Shown here piece by piece: positions 27,231 to 39,153 of a DNA stretch of 64,000 bases. The notes under the pieces are model-generated. The model ran no database searches and was not told the origin of the DNA. It was given only the letters and a program-made list of their open reading frames with translations. Numbering within the stretch: position 1 is the first letter of the stretch; each line of letters opens with the position of its first letter. The DNA lies in the NCBI RefSeq assembly GCF_009914755.1, contig NC_060945.1; one strand, written 5' to 3'. A program made the translations under genes and the position numbers. This stretch comes from the human T2T-CHM13v2.0 reference genome, Homo sapiens.

Positions 27231-27555
27231 GTAAGACCAGGAGAGCCAGGCTCAGGATGTACACTAGGGCGCAAGGGGCTCTAGGTTACATGGGCCTCGA
27301 TGTGGGAGGGCCAGGCAAGACTCTGCACCCCGAGGGGAACCCAGCAAGGGGGGTTCAGGACAGGGTTGAGTTCTCAACCAGGGACCAGCCTGCACCCCAG
27401 AATCGGAAGGGAGCTGTGAGTCCACCCAGGAGGGACTCTGGTGCAGAGTGCTGGGGCAGGCTTCAGAGTCACGGCTTAAAACTCCTCCCTGCACAGACAG
27501 GATGAGAGGCAGTGGGACAGGAAGAGGCAGGAAAGCCAAGGAGTCCTGTGTGATA

Positions 27556-27890
27556 TGAGAGTGTGTGTGTGTGAGTGTACGTGTGTGCATGTGTGCATGT
27601 GTCTGAATATGTCTGTGTATGTGGGGGTGTGCATGTGTGTGAATGTGTGTAAATGTGTGAATCTGTGTGTGCGAATGTGTATGTGTATATGCATGGCTGT
27701 GCTTATATGTACGTGCGTGTGTGTGTGCATGTGTATCGCGTGCTTGTGTGCGTGTGGGTGTGCATGCATGTATGAATGTGTGAGTGTGTGAATGTGAGAA
27801 TGTGTCTATGTGCATGTGTGCATGTGTGCGTGAGTTGAGCATGTGTGGATGCGTTTGTCCATGTGTGAGTGTGTATGTATGGGTGTGTGT
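27556..27890. repeat. Degenerate (TG)n tract
   Basis: About 335 bp of TG-rich low-complexity sequence. Confidence 0.9.
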
Positions 27891-30424
27891 TTGGGGGGCA
27901 TTGGATGGCATTAGTCAGAACTGCTCTGTCGGAGGGACTGTGTTCCTAGCGAACATTCTCTATTTCAGGGTCCTGGATGGGCTGTGGGGCTCCCGGGACA
28001 GAGGGAGCCCAGGTGGGGAAAGTGGGTTTTCCTGGCCTGAGGCCTTCGCACCTCTGTGTGCACAGATGGGCTCTGGCACCTCCCCTTGCAGGTGACTCTG
28101 GGCCAGTGCGTCCTGGGTCTACTCTGAGCCTCTAGTGTGTGGCACCCATGAGGTAGCTGACCTGGCTCCAGGTCCTGCTTCTTCCCAGGGTGCCTCTGTG
28201 TCACAGCGAACGCTCCCATGCAGGCCCTTGTTCGTCTCCAACCCCACTTGGCCACATGGAGCACAAAGGCTTCGTGTTCAGGGCCCTGCTTGGGGGACAA
28301 GAGGAGGGGAGAGCCAGCACCTTCCACCAGCTCAGCCTGGTACTGGACACAGGGGCCTGGGCCGCATGGGCCTGGGAGTGCAGGGTGGATCAGGGAAGCT
28401 GCCTGGAGGGGCCGGCGGCTTCAGAGGGAGCCCGTGCCGGCTCTGGGTTGGGGAAGTGGCCTTCTGGGAAGGGGCTCGACCTAGAAAGGAGGCCAGCGTC
28501 GTTCCAAGGGTGAGTGAGAGAGCTGTGAATGTATCCAAGGGCCATGCCGGGGGTGGCTAGATGAGGGAGGCTGGAAACCATGGCGGAGTTAAGAGTCTGT
28601 CCGAGTGGTTCTGGTCAGGTGGGCAGGGATGGAAGGGTGGACACTCATGGGCAGGGTGGGGTATGAGGCCTGGTGGGAAAGTGGGGCTGTGGATGGGGCT
28701 GAGCAGGGAGCAGTGCCTGGCCTAGGAGCCAGGGCCAGAAGGCTCTCCTAATGGGGACATTGTCCTCATCGGGAGCTAGGCAGGAATGGTGGTTCCTGGT
28801 CGTTGGCGGGAACTCTGGGCCCTGGGCTTCTGTCCCTCAGGACCTTTGAGCAGTCCAAGGCATTGCATTCTAAAAAAAGGGATTGGTTGGGGTGGTGCCC
28901 TGAAACCACCGTGGACCTGCTTGGCTGAGAGTTCTACATGCATGATGATGTTTAGTCCCTTAGCGACCGCATGGGTCAGGCATCATCATCCACGCTCTGC
29001 GGCTGAGCCCTGGGTGCTCGGCAGGGTCCGTGGGAGTTCAGGGTCAAAGTCAACCTGACACCGAGAAGCAGCCCCGTCCCTGTGGCTCTGCCTCTTGAGG
29101 AGCCTTGAGGGGGTGCTGCTTCTGGTTGGGGGTCTGGACACACTCCTTAGTGGGGACAGGGCGGCCTCTGGCACTGGATGGGGCAAAGCTGTCAGATGAA
29201 ACCCAGAGTCCTGGCATGGGGTGTCAATGTCTGGGAGCCGACAAAGTGGGAACCGGGTGGACGTCCTGAGCAGGAGGCTGGGACATGGACCTTGGGGCTG
29301 AGTAAGGAGCTAGCCCTGGGGAGCAGAGGCCAGAAAGCCCCAGGGGCTGAGGGATGAGGTGGGGAGGTGGGGCATAAGGTGATTCCACGGTGTGGAGCCT
29401 GCTTGGAGCCTGGAGCTGGGACTGAGGGTGGCCAGGAAGCTGAGGGATTCACGTGGACACGTCGGAGGCCATTGCAGAGCACAAGCTTGCCTGGGAGGCA
29501 CAGCTCACTCTGCCGAGCTCATTCCGCCCCCTCGGGGGCTCTTCAGATCCTCCCTGGGCTGAAGGAGTAACCTGCACTGTTTCAACAGCTACAAAACCTT
29601 CCTCACCCTTCAGCCCCTCAAATGGCACAACTTAAGCAGAACTGCCCAGAATTAGTTTTCTCCCTCAAAGCTTCTTAGACGGCCACCTGGAGGCCGAGCG
29701 TTGGCAGCAGGGGGGTGTCTGCAAGGGGGATGGGCGGTGATCAGTGGCTCCTGTGGCTTCTCGGCAGTTTCCCTGGTGAGGGAGGTCTGGGGTGAGAGGT
29801 GCATGTGGGCCGGGCCACAGCGGCATCCTCAAGCCTATGCAGGGCTCTTGCAGGGCTGCGGGGCCAAGTGGAGGGGCTGAGGGTGCAGGACAGCCTGCCT
29901 GGTGCTCAGATCGCCACCCACACAGCGGCAGCTCCAGTGGAGAGACAGCGCCTCCCAGGACTGGGGCCCTGGGCAGAGCCTGCAGCCGGCAGCTCCCTCT
30001 GTGTTTTTCTGAACCAGACCAATGCTTGGCTTGATTATTAAATGCAGCAGGGTTTGGGGCATGTTGAAAGAAAAGGGAATTTGTCTCTGATGACTCACCC
30101 AGTCCCTGAAATCCACAAGAGCTCTTGACGGTTTTTGACACTTGTCAAAAACTAAGTTTCCCAGAAAGACTTATTTGTGCAGCTGCCACGGAATCCCCAC
30201 AGGTTCAGGTGCTGCCTCCTCTGGTCAATAGGGAATGAGCAGAGGCCGAGCCCTTAGGCTCTTAGGCAGTTTATGGTTGGGAGAATCGCCAGGATCTCGA
30301 TGCTGCTGGGGAGAGGCTTTAGAGAAGAACCCCCATCCCCCCAGCACCTAGAGCCGTGGCCCACAGCAGGGCGTGGGGGGCCGGCTGGGGCCTGGGAGCT
30401 CCTCATGCTCCGCTTTGTGCTCAG

Positions 30425-30570
30425 AACATGACGAACACCGTGGTGAGGACCACGCTGAGGAACGACCTGTCCCAGGAGGGCATCATCCACCACCTGAAGA
30501 TCCTGAGCCCCATCTACTGCGCCTTCCAGAATGACCTGCTGACATCCTCCGGCTTCACCCTGGAGTGGGG
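30425..30570 (+). CDS. UMODL1: UMODL1 coding exon, ZP-N (146 nt, phase 0-2)
   Basis: ctcag|AAC ATG ACG...TGG GG|gtaagg; NMTNTVVRTTLRNDLSQEGIIHHLKILSPIYCAFQNDLLTSSGFTLEWG. Confidence 0.94.
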
Positions 30571-31085
30571 GTAAGGGAGAAATGCCCCGGCTGCCCCACA
30601 GCCACGTGCCTCCAGACCACCTGCGCTTTGAGAGTTCTTTAGGGTGTCAACCACTTAAGGACCCTTCCTTGAGACGGAATATACAAATGGGTGTGGCCTG
30701 GCTGCTCCCCAAATTTTGTTCCCTCTTCCCACTCAGGGCTAGCCAGAGAAGGCCAAATATGTCCCGTGGCCAATCCCATGGGATGGCCCCACTTCCAGTG
30801 AGCCACTGGCAGGCCGCCACCCAAGCCTCCATCAGGCACCACTTTTTCTATAATGGACCCCCCACCTTCCACTGAGTCTCCACCTATACAACTGAGGGAG
30901 GCAACCCCTGGACCAGCCAGCCCTGAATAAATGGCCTCCAAGTGCTCTCGTTTGGGGTTGAGGGGGTCTTCTCGTTCATTTGCACGTTCCTCTGGAGCTG
31001 TGTTTTAGGGGAGAAGTGGGAATGGGAGGGGCCACGATAATGCGCCTCCTGAAACATGCCTCCTGCAAGCTGCTTCCTCTTGCAG

Positions 31086-31322
31086 GGTTTACACCATCAT
31101 CGAGGACCTCCACGGCGCTGGGAATTTTGTTACCGAAATGCAGTTGTTTATCGGAGACTCTCCCATACCTCAGAATTATAGCGTGTCTGCCAGTGACGAT
31201 GTCAGGATCGAAGTGGGGCTCTACAGGCAGAAAAGCAACCTCAAGGTGGTCCTGACGGAGTGCTGGGCAACCCCGTCTAGCAACGCCCGGGACCCCATCA
31301 CCTTCAGCTTCATTAACAACAG
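31086..31322 (+). CDS. UMODL1: UMODL1 coding exon, ZP-C (237 nt, phase 2-2)
   Basis: tgcag|G GTT TAC...AAC AAC AG|gtaggg; VYTIIEDLHGAGNFVTEMQLF...VVLTECWATPSSNARDPITFSFINN, classic ZP-C CWATP motif. Confidence 0.96.
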
Positions 31323-31513
31323 GTAGGGCTCAGGAGTGCAGGCACCCCCATCCAGCAATGCCTGGGGCTTTATTAACAATAGGTAGGGCTCAAGAATGCA
31401 GACATCCCCATCCAGCAATGCCCAGGGCTTCATTAACAATAGGTAGGGCTCAGGAGTGCAGGCACCCCTGTCCAGCAATGCCCAGGGCTTCATTAAGAAC
31501 AGGTAGGGCTCAA
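31263..31513 (+). repeat. 60-bp tandem repeat spanning an exon/intron junction (4 donor copies)
   Basis: Lines 31321, 31381, 31441 and 31501 all begin aggtagggctca; donors at 31323, 31383, 31443, 31503. Confidence 0.95.
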
Positions 31514-31751
31514 GCAGGCACTGCCATTGCCTGGCCTTGCTGTGTGGCCAGCTCTGGGCTCTGCAGGATTTCCAGGCGAGTGCTGTCATGGACCTGGGTT
31601 TTGGGGAACAAATGAGGTGCCCGGTCCTCGACTTCCACGGAGCCTGTGGAATCTGCGAGTGTCGTCAGATGTAGTCGTGAGTAAACTCATCTGAGAACAA
31701 GGACAGCGGGGCTCGCTGACAAGCAAGGAGTCCCATTTCCTCTCTTCTCAG

Positions 31752-31911
31752 CTGCCCCGTGCCCAACACATACACCAACGTGATTGAGAACGGCAACTCC
31801 AATAAGGCCCAGTTCAAGCTGAGGATCTTTTCCTTTATCAACGACTCCATCGTCTACCTGCACTGCAAACTCCGCGTCTGCATGGAATCCCCCGGAGCCA
31901 CGTGCAAAATC
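31752..31911 (+). CDS. UMODL1: UMODL1 coding exon, ZP-C (160 nt, phase 2-0)
   Basis: ctcag|C TGC CCC...AAA ATC|gtaagt; SCPVPNTYTNVIENGNSNKAQFKLRIFSFINDSIVYLHCKLRVC...CKI. Confidence 0.96.
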
Positions 31912-32927
31912 GTAAGTGTTTTTTGGTTTTCTAAACGTTTGGTTGGATTCACGTTCCTTATTGTTACGGTTCGAGGCTCTGTTAATAAAAACCTAGGGCT
32001 CGAGTGGCTCGGGGCCAACCTCTGGGAGGAGTCGCTGTGCCTGTCCTGCAGACTCCGCGTCTGAAATGGTATTTCCACGGCAGGCAGCCCTTGGACGGAG
32101 GACTCATGTGGACTGGTGGGCATTTCCCATTTCTCAATGGCTGAGCTGAGTTCCTTCTTGAGGCCATAATATTCAACCGGCTGTCGCGTCAGCACTGCCT
32201 TGCCATGACACCTAGTGCTTCTAAGGTGATTTATAGGTGTAAAAATATTTTTTAAATATTATTTTTAACAACATTGATGGAACATACTAAATATCAGACA
32301 CTCTGTTATTTAATAAAGTTTTTTCCCCTTTCCTTTGTTCAACAATCATGCAGGGATAATTTTACATTCCTGTTTTCCTTAGATTTTTGAATTTGAAATA
32401 TGCTTTGTAATCCTGAGGTTTGAAAACTGTGCTTTATATCACAGACAAGTACATGAGGTTCCCACATGTTGGTCGCCTGTTGTCTGAGGCAGGGGACAGC
32501 TTAGGGAGCTCCGCTGCTTTTTGCTCAGTGACCGAATGCTTCTCTCTCCTCGGAGGTAGTGCTTGTTCCTGCTCTCATCTGAGCTGTTTTCCTGGGTGAC
32601 CAAGCTCTGAGCGTCTGCAGGACGTGGATAGAGAAGCAACACAAGGAAGGCTGATTCTGTTCGTGTCTGTTTTGCTCAAACACTAGATCTTCCTGAGCAA
32701 TGGGACAGAAGGAACCTCAGGTCCTAATGACAGCAGGCTGAGGGCCACACACGAGGAGCCTGCCCCTGGTTCCACTGGAGCCTCAGAGATGACAGGAGCA
32801 CGGACAGCCACCGCCAGGCTTCGTCTCTGCAGGGAGCGGCTGGCTCTCAAGTTCTCTACAAGAGAATTCTTTACAAGAGGAGCGGCACACAGTGTGTTTT
32901 TCAAGCTCCTTTAGGATGGATAGATAG

Positions 32928-33340
32928 TGTATGAGCTTTCCGGGCTACTGTAGGAACGTACCACAAACTGAGCGGCTTAAACAGTGGAAACTTATTGTCT
33001 CTGTTCTGGAGGCAGGAAGTCCAAGATGGAGGTGTCAGCCGGCTGGTTCCCTCTGAGAGTTCTAAAGGAAGGATCTGTCCCAGGCCTCTCTCCCAGCTTC
33101 TGGTGGCCTCGGGCGTTCCTTGGCTGGTAGACGGCATTTGCCCTGTCTCTCGGTGTTGCCTTCCCTCAGTACACATCTATGTTTGTGTCCAAATTTCCCC
33201 TTTACAGAGGGACACCAGCCATAGTGGATTAGGGCCCACCCTGATGACCTCAGCTTGATGATGTGTTTCCAAGTAAGGTCACATGCACAGGTGCTGGGAT
33301 TTAGGACTTCAATCCCTTTTTGGAGGACATGTTGCAGCCC
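32928..33340 (-). mobile_element. MaLR LTR (MLT1 family)
   Basis: taccacaaactgagcggcttaaac...ttctggaggcaggaagtccaagat...ggattagggcccaccct...ccaagtaaggtcacat. Confidence 0.8.
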
Positions 33341-33792
33341 ATCTCAGGCATCTAGTGAGCAGATCCCACCATGTCACTGAGCCAGGCAGTCTTTTTTGTA
33401 AGGCAAAGGTGTAAAGGGGAACAAATGGCTGCAGCAACCTTTGGAGAACACAGAGGGACTCTGAGGGCTGTGACCAAGACACAGTCCTCAAGGGACCCAA
33501 GGAAGCAGCTCTAGCAACCAAAAGCAGCTCAAGGGGTCTTCTCCAGCCTGCTGCTCTTGCAGACCTCACTTCCTTCCCCGCTGACGCCTGGGCCTGCCTC
33601 TTGTTGCACCAGGACCCACCACCCTGGTCTCACCAGGTCTCCCACTCCTCTGTCTAAACTCAGCCCCCTTGCCTTGCAACTTCTAGCAGGATAAAATCGC
33701 ATACATCACATTAGCATCCTTGATAGTAGCTCCTTTCTCATAAATGTTGTTCAATTAATTTGATGTTTCTCTTCTTGGAAAAAAAAAAACAG

Positions 33793-33877
33793 AATTGCAA
33801 TAACTTTCGGTTGCTGCAAAATAGTGAAACCTCTGCCACACACCAGATGTCCTGGGGACCCCTCATCCGGTCTGAAG
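33793..33877 (+). CDS. UMODL1: UMODL1 coding exon, end of ZP-C and external hydrophobic patch (85 nt, phase 0-1)
   Basis: A11-cag|AAT TGC AAT...TCT GAA G|gtgagt; NCNNFRLLQNSETSATHQMSWGPLIRSE (SWGPL resembles a ZP EHP). Confidence 0.9.
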
Positions 33878-34298
33878 GTGAGTTGATGACTTGGTTTAGA
33901 CAATGAAAGAAAAGATGCAACCGATTCCTTTTCACCAGCATGTAAATAAAAAAGTAACTGTTGTGAAATGCAGAACTCTTGAGAGACTTCTAAGAGGCTT
34001 ATCATAACAGAAATACTCATAGTTAGTATTCACTGAGAGCTGCTACGTGTCAGCCTGGCACTAAGTTCTTTACATGCAGAATGTAATATGCTCCTCTCAG
34101 CAACCCTATGGAGCATGAGCTATTACCATACCCATGCTACAGATGAAAAGACTGAGGCTTCAAGAGGCCAGGCACAAAGTTACATAATGAAATGTTTTGA
34201 GCTGCATAATATCAAGCTGGTGAAGTTTTCTGACACTGGGTAAATACATCCAGTGGGCTGTTAAGAGATAAGAACTCAAGCTATAATCAGGCCATGTC

Positions 34299-34301
<3 letters not shown>

Positions 34302-34333
<32 letters not shown>
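34302..34333. repeat. (TG)n microsatellite
   Basis: Perfect GT run of about 15 units. Confidence 0.9.
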
Positions 34334-34336
<3 letters not shown>

Positions 34337-34899
34337 CACACGAATGTGCATGCACAAGGAAAAGCTATTTTATTCAAAAGATGCAAAAAATGGCATATCT
34401 GTTCCCCCTCAGTTTAAAACTTCCATTAGCCAATTACATTGCATGTATTTTCAAAACCCCACATCAACTTTCCAGAAAAACATTTTATTTTCTATATGGT
34501 CCATCATCTTATTTTGAAAAAAAAATACATTGGTTTGGGGAAAATTGTGTGCTTTGGGTATTAAGAGAGAAACCGCTAGTTGTCCCGTAGTATCTGTTCT
34601 CCTCCCCTTTCATAGAAATAGCGTCCCCAGGTTTTGCTGGTACATGGCTGCCAGGAATAAAAACTGTAATTCCAACCTCCTGGCAGCTAAGTGTGGCCAT
34701 GTGAGTAAGTTCTGACCAATGACACGTAAGTGGAAAAGTCATGTGACAACTTTTAGAGGTGCACCCTCCTTAAAAGACGTCTGTGCCTACCCTCTGCCTC
34801 TTTCTTCTTTAGGGCTGTGGGGCCCAGTCCTTGGAGGGATCTGGCTTCCCAGGACACCATGGGCAAGTGGCCAAGGCAGGCCTGGGTTCTGACCTCCAC

Positions 34900-35201
34900 T
34901 TTTTTTTTTTTTTTTTTGAGACGGAGTTTTTCTCTGTCGCCCAGGCTGGAGTGCAGTGGTGCGATCTCAGCTCACTGCAAGCTCTGCCTCCTGGGTTCAC
35001 ACCATTCTCCTGCTTCCTACTCAGTCCCGAGTAACAGGGACTATGGGCACCCACCGCCACGCCCGGCTAATTTTTTGTATCTTTAGTAGAGACGGAGTTT
35101 CACTGTGTTAGCCAGGATGGTCTCGATCTCCTGACCTCATGATTTGCCCACCTCGGCCTCCCAAAGTGCTAGGATTACAGGCATGAGCCACTGCTCCCGG
35201 A
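34900..35201 (-). mobile_element. Alu (AluY/Sc-like)
   Basis: ctgcaagctctgcctcctgggttcacaccattctcc diagnostic; TSD ctgacYYccacttt. Confidence 0.93.
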
Positions 35202-35428
35202 CTGACTCCCACTTTTATGACAGAAGGAAAGAAACTTCCATGTCCTTTAAGCCACTGCTATTTTGATTTTTTTCTCTTGCTTGCTGCTGAGCCTAATCCT
35301 AGTTGGTTTTCCTTTTTTTGTTGTTTTTTTCCCTAATCTTGATGACCCTCTCCCTTCTCTGTCTTTCCCTGTATGAGAACTTCTGGGGTTTGGATGCAGG
35401 GTGTGAGCCAGAATCTGAATGCTGCTCA

Positions 35429-35763
35429 GGTCTTGGCCATGAAGCTGGGGAACAGGAGGAGGGAGGTCTCGGCCATGAAGCTGGGGAACAGGAGGAGGGA
35501 GGTCTCGGCCATGAAGCTGGGGAACAGGAGGAGGGAGGTCTCGGCCATGAAGCTGGGGAACAGGAGGAGGGAGGTCTCGGCCATGAAGCTGGGGAACAGG
35601 AGGAGGGAGGTCTCGGCCATGAAGCTGGGGAACAGGAGGAGGGAGGTCTCGGCCATGAAGCTGGGGAACAGGAGGAGGGAGGTCTCGGCCATGAAGCTGG
35701 GGAACAGGAGGAGGGAGGTCTTGGCCATGAAGCTGGGGAACAGGAGGAGGGAGGTCTTGGCCA
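35429..35763. repeat. Near-perfect 36-bp VNTR x 9.3
   Basis: ggtctcggccatgaagctggggaacaggaggaggga; internal copies identical. Confidence 0.97.
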
Positions 35764-36182
35764 GTGACTCAACTGCTGGTTCTCATTTAAAGCATTTGGG
35801 AAACTAAAAAAGTAGACACAGGTCCCAGGCCACACCCCAGGCCTACACACAGAATCTCTAGAGTTGGGTCCCAGGCCCCTGAGCTGGTCATCAGGTGACT
35901 GTTGGTCAAGGTGCTGGGACAACCTGCTTCTCCTCACTCTTCATTTTCTTAATTTCCTGGGAAGAACGGGTCAGCCTATTTCTTTCACCCTATAAGAAAT
36001 AGCATATGTGTGAAATATGTTCTCATTAATAGATAATGTGTTCTTTCATGAATAGAAATTAAACTTCCTCCTTCATTCATTGATATCATAGGGAATGTCA
36101 TGACTAGGGGGTGAAAAGCACTAGACTTGGACTTGGGACACCTGAATTTGATTATAGGCTCTGACACTTATGAGCTGTATGG

Positions 36183-36742
36183 TTCATCCATCATCCACCC
36201 ATACATCTATCTCATCTTTCCATCTATCATTTTTCCGTCCATCCATCCATCTACCCATTCATTCATCTATCCATCTATCATCCATCCATCCATTCATCCC
36301 TCCACTCATCTATCATCCATCCATCCATCTATCCATTGGTCATCCATCTATCCACCCATTCATTCATCTATTCATCTATCATCCATCCATCCATGCACTC
36401 ATCTATCATCCATCCATCCATGTATCCATTGTTCATCCATCCATCCACCCATTCCTTCATCCATCTATCAACCATCCATCATCCATCCATCCACTCATCC
36501 AACCATACATTCATCTGTCATCCATCCATCCATTCAACTATCATCCATCTATCCACCATCATCCATCTATCATCATCCATTCGTCCATCTATCATTCATC
36601 CTTCTGTCATCCCTTCATTCATCCATCCATCCATCTATTCATCCATCCATCCTCCATCATCCATCCATCTGTTCATTAATCCATCCACCCACCCATCCAT
36701 CCATCTATCCATCCACCCATTTATTCATTAATTCATTCATCT
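36183..36742. repeat. Degenerate (CCAT/TCCA)n
   Basis: About 560 bp tetranucleotide-type low complexity. Confidence 0.92.
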
Positions 36743-37599
36743 ACTATGTTTCAGATACTCTGATTTTTCTTTGCAACATGCCCTCCCTACCTCATAAGGT
36801 TGTTGTGAGTGTCTAATGGTAACTAAGAATTCTTTGTGAGGCTAAGATTTGTGAGGTTGAAACTAGGCTCCCTGGATTCACAACTTGGCTCTGGCACTTA
36901 ATAATTTTGTGGCTTTGTGCATGCTGCATATGAATTGTGCCTTATTTTCCTCATCTTTGAAAAGGGAATAATAATAATTCCTACTTCATAAAGAGCCTGG
37001 CCCATAGAAGTTATTGAATAAGTGCTACTTTTCACTTGTAACCAGTAGAGCACTACACTGGCATAACCAAAGCAGGAAGCACGGAATGTAATAAGGGTGT
37101 AATTTCTCACGTTCAAGAACAAGGACTGTAAATATTCATGTTGTTCAACATTCTTTCTCATTGTGTTAGTAGCTTTTGTTTGATCTATGACTATCATACA
37201 AATACACAGCAAAATCATTTAGACACATGGAATCTCCCAGTTGGTGGGGACTTGGCTGCATTTTAATAGTGTATATTAACAGAAACACTGTTGGAGACTG
37301 CAGAGATGAGAGGAGGCTGGCAGACAGGTTCCTCAGGACCTCACCGCTATCCGCGGCCTCTGAGATCCCACGCTCTGTCCCTGCCATCACCATCACCTCC
37401 GTTTCAGGGAAGAAATGAGAACAACTCAGAGATTTTAGGGAATGTGCCTAAGCTCACACAGCTGGTACCTGCACGAGCTGGGCCTGCGAGTGCAGATCCA
37501 GGCTGCTCATAACCCACTCTCCTCTCTCTGTCTCCTGGGGACTGAGCTGGCTTCATTTTGAGGCTTCCCTCCACCCCAGCCCTCACATCACACTCACGA

Positions 37600-38287
<688 letters not shown>

Positions 38288-38699
38288 TCAACATATCTGT
38301 TTTTGCAGGGGGTGAGGGGTTCACAATTCGACACATAGGTAACCCTGTATATTGACAATTTAAGAAAGAATCCATTCGGGCATCTTCCCTGAATGTCTGC
38401 CACCAACAAATAGTACATCAGCATGATAATTTTTGCATATTCAGTTTTCGGAACTCCTCCATGGCCTTTCTTTTCCTAGCTGGCCCACTTATTTCACATT
38501 CATGAGCATGTCCCTGTGCTAAAAGGCCAAGAAATTTCGAGGATAGTGTCCAGGGAGTGCTCAGTGTCCCAGCAGGAAGGGCCTGGAGCAATTACTGTAG
38601 CTGCTCAGCAGTGAGGAGACTGAGGCGGTGGCTGAGCTGGAACTCAAACCCCTGGAAGGGCCCTGTTTCCTCTGAACGCGGGTTCTTTTTTAATTTTTT

Positions 38700-39023
38700 A
38701 ATTTTTAAAATTAGTTAATTAATTAATTTATTTTTGAGACAGAGTCTCGCTCTGTTGCCCAGGCTGGAGTGCAGTGGTGCGATCTCGGCTCACTGCAGCT
38801 TCTGCCTCCTGGGTTCAAGTGATTCTCCTCCCTCAGCCTCCTTGAGTAGCTGGGACTACAGGCGCGCACTACCAAGTCTGGCTATTTTTTTTTTTTTATA
38901 TTTTTTTAGTAGAGACAGGGGTTTTACCATGTTGGCCAGGATGGTCTTGATCTCCTGACCTTGTGATCCGCCCGCCTCAGCCTCCCAAGGTTCTGGGATT
39001 ATAGGCGTGAGCCACCTTGCCTG
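38700..39023 (-). mobile_element. Alu (AluS)
   Basis: Reverse Alu dimer inserted at an L1 tail. Confidence 0.93.
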
Positions 39024-39025
39024 GC

Positions 39026-39153
39026 AATTTTTTATTTTACTTTAAGTTCTGGGATACATGTGCAGAACATGCAGGTTGTTACATAGGTGTACATGTGCCA
39101 CGGTGGTTTGCTGCACCCATCAACCCATCATCTAGGTTTTAAGCCTCACATGC
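39026..39153 (-). mobile_element. L1PA 3' end fragment
   Basis: actttaagttctgggatacatgtgcagaacatgcagg...gctgcacccatcaacc. Confidence 0.85.

Noticed and set aside
35299-35937. Several long repetitive ORFs on both strands (GLGHEAGEQEEG, WPRPPSSCSPAS)
   Set aside because: Automatic result of a 36-bp unit that lacks stops in most frames.
36127-36816. His/Pro/Ser/Ile-rich ORFs (also 48280-48664 and 16093-17096)
   Set aside because: Translations of simple or degenerate tandem repeats.
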